The notes under the pieces were generated by a model, which made no database searches, was not told where the DNA came from, and saw only the letters and a program-made list of their open reading frames with translations. This document shows, in pieces, positions 1 through 11,957 of a DNA stretch of 64,000 nucleotides; within the stretch, counting starts at the first letter, position 1, and the number at the start of each line of letters is the position of its first letter. The stretch lies in NCBI GenBank assembly GCA_030390025.1, contig CM059434.1:95418001-95482000 (forward strand). The letters run 5' to 3'. A program made the translations under genes and the position numbers. The DNA comes from Squalus acanthias (Eukaryota).

Positions 1-946
1 TGTATCAGGTTTAAAAACTTACTTTTCTGCTGCATGAAGCCGAGCACAAAATTACGACACTGTAATCTATTCACTTCTATCTTAGTCTCCCAATAAAATT
101 ATTTCAGCAGAGAGAGAATACAACCATATAATGGCCCTTACATTCAGGACATCATTTCATCAAGGACAAGAGTGGCTGGAATTGTCACACAGATTTGATC
201 GTGCTGTTAATGGAGTTCCTGGAATTTCAGTTTTCAATGTCCAGAGGAAACTGCTTCCAATGGACAGATCCATATTGACCTCAGCTGTCCAGATAAACAG
301 TGGCTCTGAAAATACTCGGGCAGCAATCCTGGCGATTATACCAGGGTCACACCTCCCAGGGCCCTCCAGAGCTGACCTGACCAGAGTATGTAGGTCAGTG
401 GGAGGTCCTGTCATTTAAATATTATGGCAGGAACCTGCACCACAATATTCAGACACATGCCCTGCTGCTGTTTCTATTCAGAGGGAAGAGATATGAAATT
501 GCTGGCCATGCCCACTGATGCATCGGTCACTTTCTTGATATGTGTGTGGACAGCATATTGGCTTATAATGAAGAAGAGCCCGATGAAGGCATAAAAGTTG
601 AGGAAAGATTTAAAAGTGGGTGAAACAATATCATGCAACGAATTTGAAGGTATATTAATCATCATATCACTATCCACTTCTCTAATTGAGGCATTAGCCC
701 ATTTCCTTTACATGGATTAATGACTCAATTAAAATGGCAGACAGAAGAATGTCTTACGAATCTGTGCCGCTTTCGGGCTGACTATAATCACTGACTGTAA
801 TTTCTAATCTAAGATCTACTTCTTGCTTTCTCTGCTTGATGTACTGATCCATGTCGGATGTAGAATTTTCACTGCAATAGGACAATCTAGTTCTAAGTGC
901 TTTTGTACTGAAATATAATTTTCTTGCACATAAATGTCATAATTAC

Positions 947-1300
947 CAGGAATGGTGGTTGTAGAGGTCGTTATAGGCAGACTGGTTGTTGTCCATATTA
1001 TTTGTGGCTCACAGCAAACTCGAATGTGGTAGTCATAACATGACGTGTTCTCCTGCAAAGCACTTTCGGTGGCGATACAGACGAGCCCTGTGTCTTTGTC
1101 GCAGGTCACATTGTCTGTTGATTCCCTTACTGGCCACTCAGGGTAATCGACAAATTGGCACTGAATTTTATTAATTGCATCGGAAGAGGAAGGACACAAT
1201 TTATCACGAATGGGATCCAATAATTCAGAATCGCCCGGGCTTGACGGAGTAGGAGTATGTTCGTTAAACCACGGAGACCATTTGCCATTACACACCTCCT
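947..1300 (-). CDS. Mucin CysD (WxxW) exon, copy 5 in transcript order
   Basis: tttacag|AG GAG GTG TGT ... CCT G|gtaatt; 354 nt, phase 1-1; EEVCNGKWSPWFNEHTP...CYDYHIRVCCEP...TTTIP. Confidence 0.93.
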
Positions 1301-2235
1301 CTGTAAAATAAGAAGTCTGGGCTTAATTAATCTGATGTAAATAGCTAGTTAACAGGAAATAGAAGGAGCAAAATTGCAAAACAACTTTTGTAAATGTGAT
1401 GCCATTTCCATACAGTTGTGTGAGATACTTTATCACATTCTAGTTGTACAATTTCACCACAATGATGTAAAGAATATCAAGCCAGCACAACATTTGACTG
1501 TATGACTGATCGAGCATCAGGTTCTGTTTTAATACTAGTTTTACACTCAGCATTTGAAAGATCAAGGGGTGATTTTCATCTGCTTAGAAGGGGTGAGTGG
1601 CGGAGGGAAAGTAATTTTACAAAAGAACCTACTGCCCAGAGGCTGCACGACTCGATTTTCTAGCGGGCAACAAAACAAAAACTGCCGAGACCTGTACTTG
1701 GGCCCGGAACGCTGAGGAATTGTCCAATCGGGGTTTGCAGCTGAACCTGTACGATGGAGTGAGATGGATCGACTACGTCACTTTCCCATTCCGTGATATG
1801 GTTTTACAACCTCAGTACTGACATTGTGTGATAAATAATTTTGATAACTGAAAACATGTTATTCAATAAGTATATATATCATAATACACCCTTCTCGCTT
1901 GGAGCTTCGCTTGTCGGGGGCCCAGAACAGGAACATGGGCGTGTGAGTTAATGCACATCGCAAAATAATCCGTCAATTGGCGTTAAATTCCTGATTTGCA
2001 CCCGTTCCACTAAACGTTATGACAGGAGCACAATTTCCTAAAAGCTGCCCTATAAGTTACAACATAATGACCAGAGATACAAACATTTCCAAAGCAAACA
2101 ATTAGAATTGAAAATTTGAGGTGTAAAACTGAAAGCCGTGTTTTGTTACCTACTCAATGACAGACCACATGGAGTTAGAAACAATCCACTTGTGGAGACA
2201 GACTTGGTGCAAGGTATAAACCCGTTGTCACTTAC

Positions 2236-2295
2236 CAGTTGTGTAGCTGGTGGTAGACGTAGTGGTAATCGGTGTCACTTCTGGTGAGGTAGTTT
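2236..2295 (-). CDS. Mucin PTS 60-nt exon ETTSPEVTPITTTSTTSYTT
   Basis: ctctatag| ... |gtaagt; phase 1-1; Thr/Ser/Pro-rich. Confidence 0.9.
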
Positions 2296-3776
2296 CTATA
2301 GAGCAGGAAAAACATTTCAACCTGTTACACTGCACGCTGAGGCTCTGAGTCTGTATCAGGTTTAAAAACTTACTTTTCTGCTGAAGGTAGCCAGGCAAAA
2401 AAGTTGCGAAAATGAAATCTATTCTCTTCTAAGTCTACTCAATAAAACGATTTTAGCGGAGAGAAATTACAACCGTTTAATGGTCCTTACATTCAGGACA
2501 TCATTTCCACAATATAAGAGTGGCTGGAATTGTCACATAGATTTGATCGTGCTGTTAATGGAGTTCCTGGAATTTCAGTTTTCAATGTCCAGTGGAAACT
2601 GCTTACAATGGACAGATCCATATTGACCTGATTTCCCAGATCAACAGTGGCTCTGAAAATACTCGGGCAGCAATCCTGGCGATTATACCAGGGTCACAAC
2701 TCCCAGGATCCTCCACAGCTGACCTGACCAGAGTATGTAGGTCAGTGTGAGGTCCTGCCATTTAAATATTATGGCAGGGACCTTCACCACAATATTCAGC
2801 CACATGCCATGATGATGTTTCTATTCAGTGGGAAGAGATATGAAATTGCTGGCCATGCCGACCTCTGCATCAGTTACTTACTTGATATGTGCGTGGGCAG
2901 CATATTGGCTTATAATACAGAAGAGCCCCATTCTAGCCCGGAAGGAGGTTAACAAATAACAGCTATTCTACGTTTGATGGCTTTTCCATACAGACTTCTG
3001 AGAAACTTTATCACATTCTAGTTACGCAATTTCACGATTATAATGTTGACATTTGACTGCATGACTGATCTAGCATCAGGTTAATTTCTTCATGCTAGTA
3101 TTCCACTCATCATTTGAAAGATCGAGGGGAGATTTGCATCTGCCTACAATAGGGTGGGAGAGGGGAGATGACATTCTAAGAAAGAGGCTCCCAACTCGAT
3201 TTTCTAGCGGGCATTGAAACAAAAACTGGCGAGCCCTGTACTTGGGCTGGGAACGGTGAGGAATAGTGCGATAGGGTTTTGCAGCTGAACCTGTATGATG
3301 GAGTGAGATGGATCGGCTACATGACTTTCTCTCATTTCTTGATATGGTTTTACAACCTTAGTGTTGACATGGTGTGACAAATAATTTTGATAACTGAAAA
3401 CGTGTTATTAAATTCGAATATAAAATACATCCTTCTTGCTTGGAGCTTCGCTTGCCGGGGGCACAGAACAGGAACATGGGCGTGTGAGTTAATGCACATC
3501 GCAAAATAATCCTTCAATTAGCGTCAAATTCCTGATTTGCACCCATTCCACTAAATGTTATGACAGGAGCACAAGTTCCTAAAAGCTGCCCTATAAGTTA
3601 CAACATAATGACCAGAAATACAAACATTTCCAAAGTAAACAATTAGAATGGAAAATTTGAGGTGTAAAAATGAAAGCCGTGTTTTGTTACCTCCTCAATG
3701 ACAGACCACACGGAGTTAGAAACAATCCACTTGTGGAGACAGACTTGGTGCAAGGTATAAAACCGCTGTCACTTAC

Positions 3777-3836
3777 CAGTTGTGAAGCTGGTGGTAGACG
3801 TAGTGGTAATCGGTGTCACTTCTGGTGAGGTAGTTT
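3777..3836 (-). CDS. Mucin PTS 60-nt exon ETTSPEVTPITTTSTTSFTT
   Basis: Canonical splice sites; phase 1-1. Confidence 0.9.
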
Positions 3837-4085
3837 CTATAGAGCAGGAAAAACATTTCAACCTGTTACACTGCACGCTGAGGCTCTGAGTCTACATCAG
3901 CTTTAAAAACATACTTTTCTGCTGAATGTAGCACGGCAAAAAAGTTGTAAAAATGAAATCTATTCTCTTCTAAGTCTACTCAATAAAACTATTTTAGTGG
4001 AGAGAAATTACAACTATTTAATGGCCCTTACATTCAGGGCATAATTTCCACAAGTATAAGAGTTGCTGGAATTGTCACCTAGATT

Positions 4086-5016
4086 TTTTTTAGTCATTCC
4101 TGGGATGTGGGCGTCGCTGGCACAGCCAGCATTTATTGCCCATCCCTAATTGCACTCGAGAAGGCGGTGGTGTGTCGCCTTCTGGAACCGCTGCAGTCCG
4201 TGTGATGAAGTTACTCCCACAGTGCTGTTGGTGAGGGGGTTCAAGGATTTGGAGCCAGTGATGATGAAGAAACAGCAATATTTTTCCAAGTCAGGATGGT
4301 GTGTCACTTGGAGGGGAACTTACGGGTGATGGTGTTCCAGGCACCTACTGCCCTTGTCCTTCTAGCTGGAAGAGGTCGCGGGTTTGGGAGGTGCTGTCGA
4401 AGAAGCCCTGGCGAGTTGCTGCAGCGCATCTTGTGGATGGGACACACTGCAGCCATGGTACGCCGGTGGTGGAGGGAGTGAATGTTTAAGGTGGTGGATG
4501 GGGTACCAATCAGATGGGCTGCTTTGTCCTGGATGGTGTTGAGCTTCTTGAGTGTTGTTGGAGCTCCACTCATCCAGGCGAATGGACAGTATTCCATCAC
4601 ACTCCTGACTTGTGCCTTGTAGATGGTGGAAAGACTTTGGGAAGTCAGGAGGTGAGACACTTGCCACAGAATAACCCAGCCTCAGATCTGCTCTTGTAGC
4701 CACAGTATTTCTGTTGCTGGTCCAGATACGTTTCTGGTCAATGGTGACCCTGCCCCCCCCAGGATGTTGATGGTGGGGGATTCGGCGATGGTAATGCCGT
4801 TGCATGTCAAGGGGCGGTGGTTCAACTTTCGCTTGTTGGAGATAGTCATTGCCTGGCACTTGTGTGGCACGAATGTTACTTGCCACTTATCAACCCAAGC
4901 CTGAATGTCATCCAGGTTTTGCTGTATTCGGGCATGAACTGCTTCATTATCTGAGGAGTTGTGAATGGAACTGAACACTGTGCAATCATCATCGAACATC
5001 CCCATTTCTGACCTTA
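4086..5016 (-). mobile_element. 5'-truncated LINE (CR1/L2-group RT C-terminus and 3' end), copy A1
   Basis: Frameshifted ...DDCTVF...QQNLDDIQAWVDKWQVTF...YKAQVRSVMEYC...; interrupts the intron sequence agatt|tgatcgtg. Confidence 0.85.
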
Positions 5017-5768
5017 TGATCGTGCTGTTAATGGAGTTCCTGGAAATATGAGATTTCAATGGCCAGTGGAAGCTTCTTACAATAGACATATCCATATTGA
5101 CCTCAGCTGCCCAGAAAAACAATGGCTCTGAAAATACTAGGGTAGAAATCCTGGCAATTATACCAGGATCACATCTCCCAGGGCCCTCCAGCGCTGACCA
5201 GACCAGTGTATGCAGCTCAGTGGGAGATCCTGTCATTTAAATATTATGGCAGGGACCTGCACCACAATATTCAGACACATGCCCTGCTGCTGTTTCTATT
5301 CAGTGGGAAGAGATATGAAATTGCTGGCCATGCCCACTGATGCATCGGTCACTTTCTTGATATGTGTGTGGACAGCATATTGGCTTATAATGAAGAAGAG
5401 CCCGATGAAGGCATAAAAGTTGAGGCAAGATTTAAAAGTGGGTGAAACAATATCATGCAAAGAATTTGAAGGTATATTAATCATCATATCACTATCCACT
5501 TCTCTAATTGAGGCATTAGCCCATTTCCTTTATATGGATTAATAACTCAATTAAAATGGCAGACAGAAGAATGTCTTACGAATCTGTGCCGCTTTCGGGC
5601 TGACTATAATCACTGACTGTAATTTCTAATCTAAGATCTACTTCTTGCTTTCTCTGCTTGATGTACTGATCCATGTCGGATGTAGAATTTTCACTGCAAT
5701 AGGACAATCTAGTTCTAAGTGCTTTTGTACTGAAAGATAATTTTCTTGCACATAAATGTCATAATTAC

Positions 5769-6122
5769 CAGGAATCGTGATTGTAGAGGTCGTTATAGGC
5801 AGACTGGTTGTTGTCCATATTATTTGTGGCTCACAGCAAACTCGAATGTGGTAGTCATAACATGACGTGTTCTCCTGCAAAGCACTTTCGGTGGCGATAC
5901 AGACGAGCCCTGTGTCTTTGTCGCAGGTCACATTGTCTGTTGATTCACTTACTGGCCACTCAGGGTAATCGACAAATTGGCACTGAATTTTATTAATTGC
6001 ATCGGAAGAGGAAGGACACAATTTATCACGAATGGGATCCAATAATTCAGAATCGCCCGGGCTTGACGGAGTAGGAGTATGTTCGTTAAACCACGGAGAC
6101 CATTTGCCATTACACACCTCCT
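5769..6122 (-). CDS. Mucin CysD exon, copy 4
   Basis: 354 nt, phase 1-1; near-identical to the other CysD exons (PVSES, TTSTITIP variant). Confidence 0.93.
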
Positions 6123-7055
6123 CTGTAAAATAAGAAGTCTGGGCTTAATTAATCTGATGTAAATAGCTAGCTAACAGGAAATAGAAGGAGCAAAATTGCA
6201 AAACAACTTTTGTAAATGTGATGCCATTTCCATACAGTTGTGTGAGATACTTTATCACATTCTAGTTGTACAATTTCACCACAATGATGTATAGAATATC
6301 AAGCCAGTACAACATTTGACTGTATGACTGATCAAGCATCAGGTTCTGTTTTAATACTAGTTTTACACTCAGCATTTGAAAGATCAAAGGTAATTTTCAT
6401 CTGCTTAGAAGGGGTGAGTGGCGGAGGGAAGTAATTTTACAAAAGAACCTACTGCCCAGAGGCTGCACAACTCGATTTTCTAGCGGGCATCAAAACAAAA
6501 ACTGGCGAGCCCTGTACTTGGGCCCGGAACGCTGAGGAATTGTCCAATCGGGGTTTGCAGCTGAACCTGTACGATGGAGTGAGATGGATCGACTACGTCA
6601 CTTTCCCATTCCGTGATATGGTTTTACAACCTCAGCACTGACATTGTGTGATAAATAATTTTGATAACTGAAAACATGTTATTCAATAAGTATATATATC
6701 ATAATACACCCTTCTCGCTTGGAGCTTCGCTTGTCGGGGGCCCAGAACAGGAACATGGGCGTGTGAGTTAATGCACATCGCAAAATAATCCATCAATTGG
6801 CGTTAAATTCCTGATTTGCACCCGTTCCACTAAACGTTATGACAGGAGCACAATTTCCTAAAAGCTGCCCTATAAGTTACAACATAATGACCAGAGATAC
6901 AAACATTTCCAAAGCAAACAATTAGAATTGAAAATTTGAGGTGTAAAACTGAAAGCCATGTTTTGTTACCTACTCAGTGACAGACCACATGGAGTTAGAA
7001 ACAATCCATTTGTGGAGACAGACTTGGTGCAAGGTATAAAACCGCTGTCACTTAC

Positions 7056-7115
7056 CAGGTGTGAAGCTGGTGGTAGACGTAGTGGTAATCGGTGTCACTT
7101 CTGGTGAGGTAGTTT
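7056..7115 (-). CDS. Mucin PTS 60-nt exon ETTSPEVTPITTTSTTSFTP
   Basis: Canonical splice sites; phase 1-1. Confidence 0.9.
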
Positions 7116-8198
7116 CTATAGAGCAGGAAAAACATTTCAACCTGTTACACTGCACGCTGAGGCTCTGAGTCTGTATCAGGTTTAAAAACTTACTTTCTGC
7201 TGCAGGTAGCCAGACAAAAAAGTTGCGAAAATGAAATCTATTCACTTCTAAGTCTACTCAATAAAACTATTTTAGCGGAGAGAAATTACAACCGTTTAAT
7301 GGTCCTTACATTCAGGACATCATTTCCACAATATAAGAGTTGCTGGAATTGTCAGATAGATTTGATCGCACTGTTGATGGAGTTCCTGGGAATATTAGTT
7401 TTCAATGGCCAGTGGAATCTTCTTCCAATGGACAGATCCATATTGACCTCAGCTGTCCAGATAAACAGTGGCTCTGAAAATACTCGGGCAGCAATCCTGG
7501 CGATTATACCAGGGTCACATCGACCAGGGCCCTCCAGAGCTGACCTGACCAGAGTATGAAGGTCAGTGGGAGGTCCTGTCATTTAAATATTGGCCCGAAA
7601 ATTAGACCTAATACGCGAGAGTACGCACTGTGCACTCTCGCATTTTAGGTCTCCAATTGCCGGTTTCCTGCATGCACTGCGCATGCGCGGGAAACCGGCA
7701 CTTTGTGAATTCAAAAGGGGGCGGTTCCTAAGTGAACCGCGTGCGCGCTACAGGCTGTGCGCACGCAGTGCACTTAGTTATTTTTCAGCTTTGAACGCGC
7801 AGGTAAGTGGTGAACATTTTACACAAAAAAAAAGCAGGCGTAGGACCCCCTTTTTACAAGGTAAGTAGTTAATTAAGTGTTACTTTAAATTTTTTTCAAC
7901 AGGTTTATCTTTTTTAGAGACTTTAAAGAAAGGTAAGTTTATTTTTATAACTTTTAAAAAGATTTTAATTTTTTTCAAAAATTTAATTTTTTGTTTAAAG
8001 TGGTTAACTTATTTAACTATACTTATTTTATTAATGTGATGGCTTTTTTAAAAATTTAATTGAGGTTTAGCTGTTCTTTTGTGAGGGTATAGTATTCATA
8101 GCTTTGACAGGTCTTCCTGTCAAAACTATGAATGAAAGATAACAGAAAACGCTGGAAAAACTCAGCAGGCCAGGCAGCATCCGTAGAGAGAGAAAGAG

Positions 8199-8235
8199 AG
8201 TTGACGTTTCAGGTCGATGACCTTTCATCAGAACT
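8199..8235 (-). ncRNA. Minimal type I hammerhead ribozyme motif (inverted copy)
   Basis: Reverse complement reads AGTT CTGATGA A AGGTC ATC GACCT GAAAC GTC AACT. Confidence 0.75.
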
Positions 8236-8501
8236 GGGCGAAGAGAAGAGCAGAACTTCTTCAAGGTAGGCATTCCAAGAAGAGAGGTGGCAGTGAACCA
8301 AACACTAATACGATAGCAAAATACTGCAGATGCTGGAAATCCGAAATAACAACAGAAAACGCTGGAAAAACTCAGCGTTTTCTGTTGTTATTTCGGATTT
8401 CCAGCATCTGCAGTATTTTGCTATCGTATTAGTGTTTGGTTCACTGCCACCTCTCTTCTTGGAATGCCTACCTTGAAGAAGTTCTGCTCTTCTCTTCGCC
8501 C

Positions 8502-8538
8502 AGTTCTGATGAAAGGTCATCGACCTGAAACGTCAACT
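8502..8538 (+). ncRNA. Minimal type I hammerhead ribozyme motif
   Basis: Stem I AGTT/AACT; core CTGATGA; stem II AGGTC/GACCT; GAAA; loop-less palindromic stem III ACGT; GTC cleavage triplet at 8532-8534. Confidence 0.8.
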
Positions 8539-8711
8539 CTCTTTCTCTCTCTACGGATGCTGCCTGGCCTGCTGAGTTTTTCCAGCGTTTTCTGTTGTTA
8601 TTTCGGATTTCCAGCATCTGCAGTATTTTGCTATCGTATTAGTGTTTGGTTCACTGCCACCTCTCTTCTTGGAATGCCTACCTTGAAGAAGTTCTGCTCT
8701 TCTCTTCGCCC

Positions 8712-8748
8712 AGTTCTGATGAAAGGTCATCGACCTGAAACGTCAACT
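8712..8748 (+). ncRNA. Minimal type I hammerhead ribozyme motif (tandem copy)
   Basis: Identical to 8502-8538, 210 nt downstream. Confidence 0.8.
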
Positions 8749-9510
8749 CTCTTTCTCTCTCTACGGATGCTGCCTGGCCTGCTGAGTTTTTCCAGCGTTT
8801 TCTGTTGTTATTTCGGATTTCCAGCATCTGCAGTATTTTGCTATCGTATGAATGAAAGATGGTGTGCTGCCATTGGCTCTAACTGAATCACGTGATCCCA
8901 GAGCTCGCACGAACTAATTGCGTCTCTGGGTCATGCAAGTACTGCACAGCTGCATGTGGGACTGGCCTTGAAACTAAAGTTCGTGTGGGCCCGGAGGAAA
9001 AAGGTAGGCGCGCAGTGAGATATCGCGGGGAAGCCTTACCCCCGCGCGAACACTCACTGTTTAATTTCTGGGCCATTATGGCAGGAACCTTCACCACAAT
9101 ATTCAGACACATGCCCTGCTGCTGTTTCTATTCAGTGGGAAGAGATATGAAATTGCTGGCCATGCCCACTGATGCATCAGTTACTTTCTTGATATGTGTG
9201 TGAGCAGAATATTGTCTTGTAATGCAGAAGAGCCCGATGCTAGCCTGGAAGGAGATGAACACATAACAGCTATTCTAAGTTTGATGGCTTTTCCATACAG
9301 ATTGTGAAGTACTTTATAACATTCTAGTTGCACAATTTCACAATAATGGTACAAAGAATATCAAGCCAGCACAACATTTGACTGTATGACTGATCTAGCA
9401 TCAGGTTGTTTTATCATACTAGTTTTACACTCAGCATTTGAAAGCGCAAGGGGTAATTTTCATCTCCTTACGAGGGCGGGAGTGGCGGAGGGAAAGTAAT
9501 TCTACAAAAG

Positions 9511-9945
9511 GGTCGACTAGGCCTGTATTCACTAGAGTTTAGAAGAATGAGAGGGGATCTCATTGAAACGTATAAAATTCTGACAGGGCTAGACAGACTG
9601 GATGCAGGGAGGATGTTTCCCCTGGCTGGTGGGTCTAGAACGAGGGGTCACAGTCTCAGGATATGGGGTAGGACATTTAGGACTGAGATGAGGAGAAATT
9701 TCTTCACTCAGAGGGTGGTGAACCTGTGGAATTCTCTACCACAGAAGGCTGTGGAGACCATGTCACTGAATATATTTAAGAAGGAGATAGATATATTTCT
9801 GGACACAAAAGGCATCAAGGGGTATGGGGAGGGAACGGGAATATGTTATTGAGATAGAGGATCAGCCCTGATCATGTTGAATGGCGGAGCAGACTCGAGG
9901 GGCCGAATGGCCTACTCCTGCTCCTATTTTCTGTTCTATGTTTCT
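9511..9945 (+). mobile_element. CR1 LINE 3' fragment, copy B1
   Basis: MRGDLIETYKIL...RRNFFTQRVVNLWNSLP, then 3'UTR with ttctatg tail. Confidence 0.9.
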
Positions 9946-10543
9946 AGAACCTACTGCCAAGAGGCGGCAAGACTTGATTTTCTAGTGGGCATCGTAAAAA
10001 ATGTTGAGCCCGGTACTTGGGCTCGGAACGGTGAGAAATAGTCCAAAAGAGTTTTGCAGCTGAAGCTGTATGATGGGGTGAGATTGATCGGCTACATGAC
10101 TTTCTATCATTCCTTGATATTTCCTTGACATTGTGTGACAAATAATTTTGATAAGTGCAAACGTGTTATTTAATAAGATTATCTATTATAATACACCCTT
10201 CTCGCTTGGAGCTTCGCTTGTCGGGGTTACATAACAGGAATATGAGCGTGGAAATTAATGCACATCGCAAAATAATCCGTCAATTGGCGCCAAATTCCTG
10301 ATTTGCGCCCATTCCGCTAAACATTATGTCAAGAGCACAATTTCCTAAAAGCTGCACTATAAGTTACAACATAATGACCAGAGATTCAAAAATTTCCGAA
10401 GCAAACAATTTGAAAGGAAAATTTGTGATGTAAAAATGAAAGCCGTGTTTTGTTAACTACTCAATGACAGACCACATGGAGTTAGAAAACAATCCACCTC
10501 TGGAGACAGACTTGGTGCAAGGTATAAAACCGCTGTCACTTAC

Positions 10544-10603
10544 CAGTTGTGTAGCTGGTGGTAGACGTAGTGGTAATCGGTGCTTCTTCTGGTACTGTAG
10601 TTT
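10544..10603 (-). CDS. Mucin PTS 60-nt exon ETTVPEEAPITTTSTTSYTT
   Basis: Canonical splice sites; phase 1-1. Confidence 0.9.
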
Positions 10604-11603
10604 CTATAGAGCAGGAAATCATTTCAACCTGTTACACTGCACGCTGAGGCTCTGAGTCTGTATCAGTTTTAAAAACTTACTTTTCTGCTGCATGAAGCCG
10701 AGCACAAAATTACGAAAATTATATCTATTCACTTCTATCTTAGTCTCCCAATAAAATTATTTTATCAGAGAGAGAATACAACCACATAATGGCCCTTACA
10801 TTCAGGACATCATTTCATCAAGTATAAGAGTGGCTGGAATTGTCACATAGATTTGATCGTGCTGTTAATGGAGTTCCTGGAATTTCAGTTTTCAATGTCC
10901 AGTGGAAACTGCTTACAATGGACAGATCCATATTGACCTGATTTCCCAGATCAACAGTGGCTCTGAAAATACTCGGGCAGCAATCCTGGCGATTATACCA
11001 GGGTCACAACTCCCAGGATCCTCCACAGCTGACCTGACCAGAGTATGTATGTCAGTGGGAGGTCCTGTCATTTAAATATTATGGCAGCAACCTTCACCAC
11101 AATATTCAGCCACATGCCATGATGATGTTTCTATTCAGTGGGAAGAGATATGAAATTGCTGGCCATGCCCACTGATGCATCGGTCACTTTCTTGATATGT
11201 GTGTGGACAGCATATTGGCTTATAATGAAGAAGAGCCCGATGAAGGCATAAAAGTTGAGGCAAGATTTAAAAGTGGGTGAAACAATATCATGCAAAGAAT
11301 TTGAAGGTATATTAATCATCATATCACTATCCACTTCTCTAATTGAGGCATTAGCCCATTTCCTTTATATGGATTAATAACTCAATTAAAATGGCAGACA
11401 GAAGAATGTCTTACGAATCTGTGCCGCTTTCGGGCTGACTATAATCACTGACTGTAATTTCTAATCTAAGATCTACTTCTTGCTTTCTCTGCTTGATGTA
11501 CTGATCCATGTCGGATGTAGAATTTTCACTGCAATAGGACAATCTAGTTCTAAGTGCTTTTGTACTGAAAGATAATTTTCTTGCACATAAATGTCATAAT
11601 TAC

Positions 11604-11957
11604 CAGGAATCGTGATTGTAGAGGTCGTTATAGGCAGACTGGTTGTTGTCCATATTATTTGTGGCTCACAGCAAACTCGAATGTGGTAGTCATAACATGA
11701 CGTGTTCTCCTGCAAAGCACTTTCGGTGGCGATACAGACGAGCCCTGTGTCTTTGTCGCAGGTCACATTGTCTGTTGATTCACTTACTGGCCACTCAGGG
11801 TAATCGACAAATTGGCACTGAATTTTATTAATTGCATCGGAAGAGGAAGGACACAATTTATCACGAATGGGATCCAATAATTCAGAATCGCCCGGGCTTG
11901 ACGGAGTAGGAGTATGTTCGTTAAACCACGGAGACCATTTGCCATTACACACCTCCT
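11604..11957 (-). CDS. Mucin CysD exon, copy 3
   Basis: 354 nt, phase 1-1; WSPW motif, 8 Cys. Confidence 0.93.

Larger units (their letters stand above)
8141..8846. mobile_element. Penelope-like/retrozyme-type insertion: inverted copy plus ~2.3 tandem 210-nt units, three hammerhead motifs
   Basis: 14-bp TSD TATGAATGAAAGAT (8127-8140 and 8847-8860); perfect inverted arms 8141-8364 and 8373-8596; 210-nt period over 8373-8846. Confidence 0.85.
7592..9074. mobile_element. Non-autonomous DNA transposon (PIF/Harbinger-type MITE) containing a nested insertion
   Basis: TIR GGCCCGAAAATTA...TAATTTCTGGGCC; 3-bp TSD ATT; empty site aaatattatggc in sister repeat units; sister copy at 61537-62278. Confidence 0.9.

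Noticed and set aside
320-405. Small hairpins in the recurring intron block (cctgg...ccagg; ctgacc...ggtcag) as a possible snoRNA or miRNA
   Set aside because: Stems are short, no C/D or H/ACA boxes are convincing, and part of the block is deleted in the 13335-13370 unit.
131-677. Recurrent short ORFs (MTGPPTDLHTLVRSALEG..., MDSDMMINIP...) in many units
   Set aside because: Intron sequence copied with the array. Indels, stops and a deletion differ between copies, and no domain is recognisable.
816-946. ORF-track extension of CysD (GNYDIYVQEN...SRESKK*), suggesting five stand-alone 159-aa genes
   Set aside because: The ORFs start at GTG inside an exon, have no signal peptide, and read through a GT donor. 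Their identity across copies reflects recent duplication.
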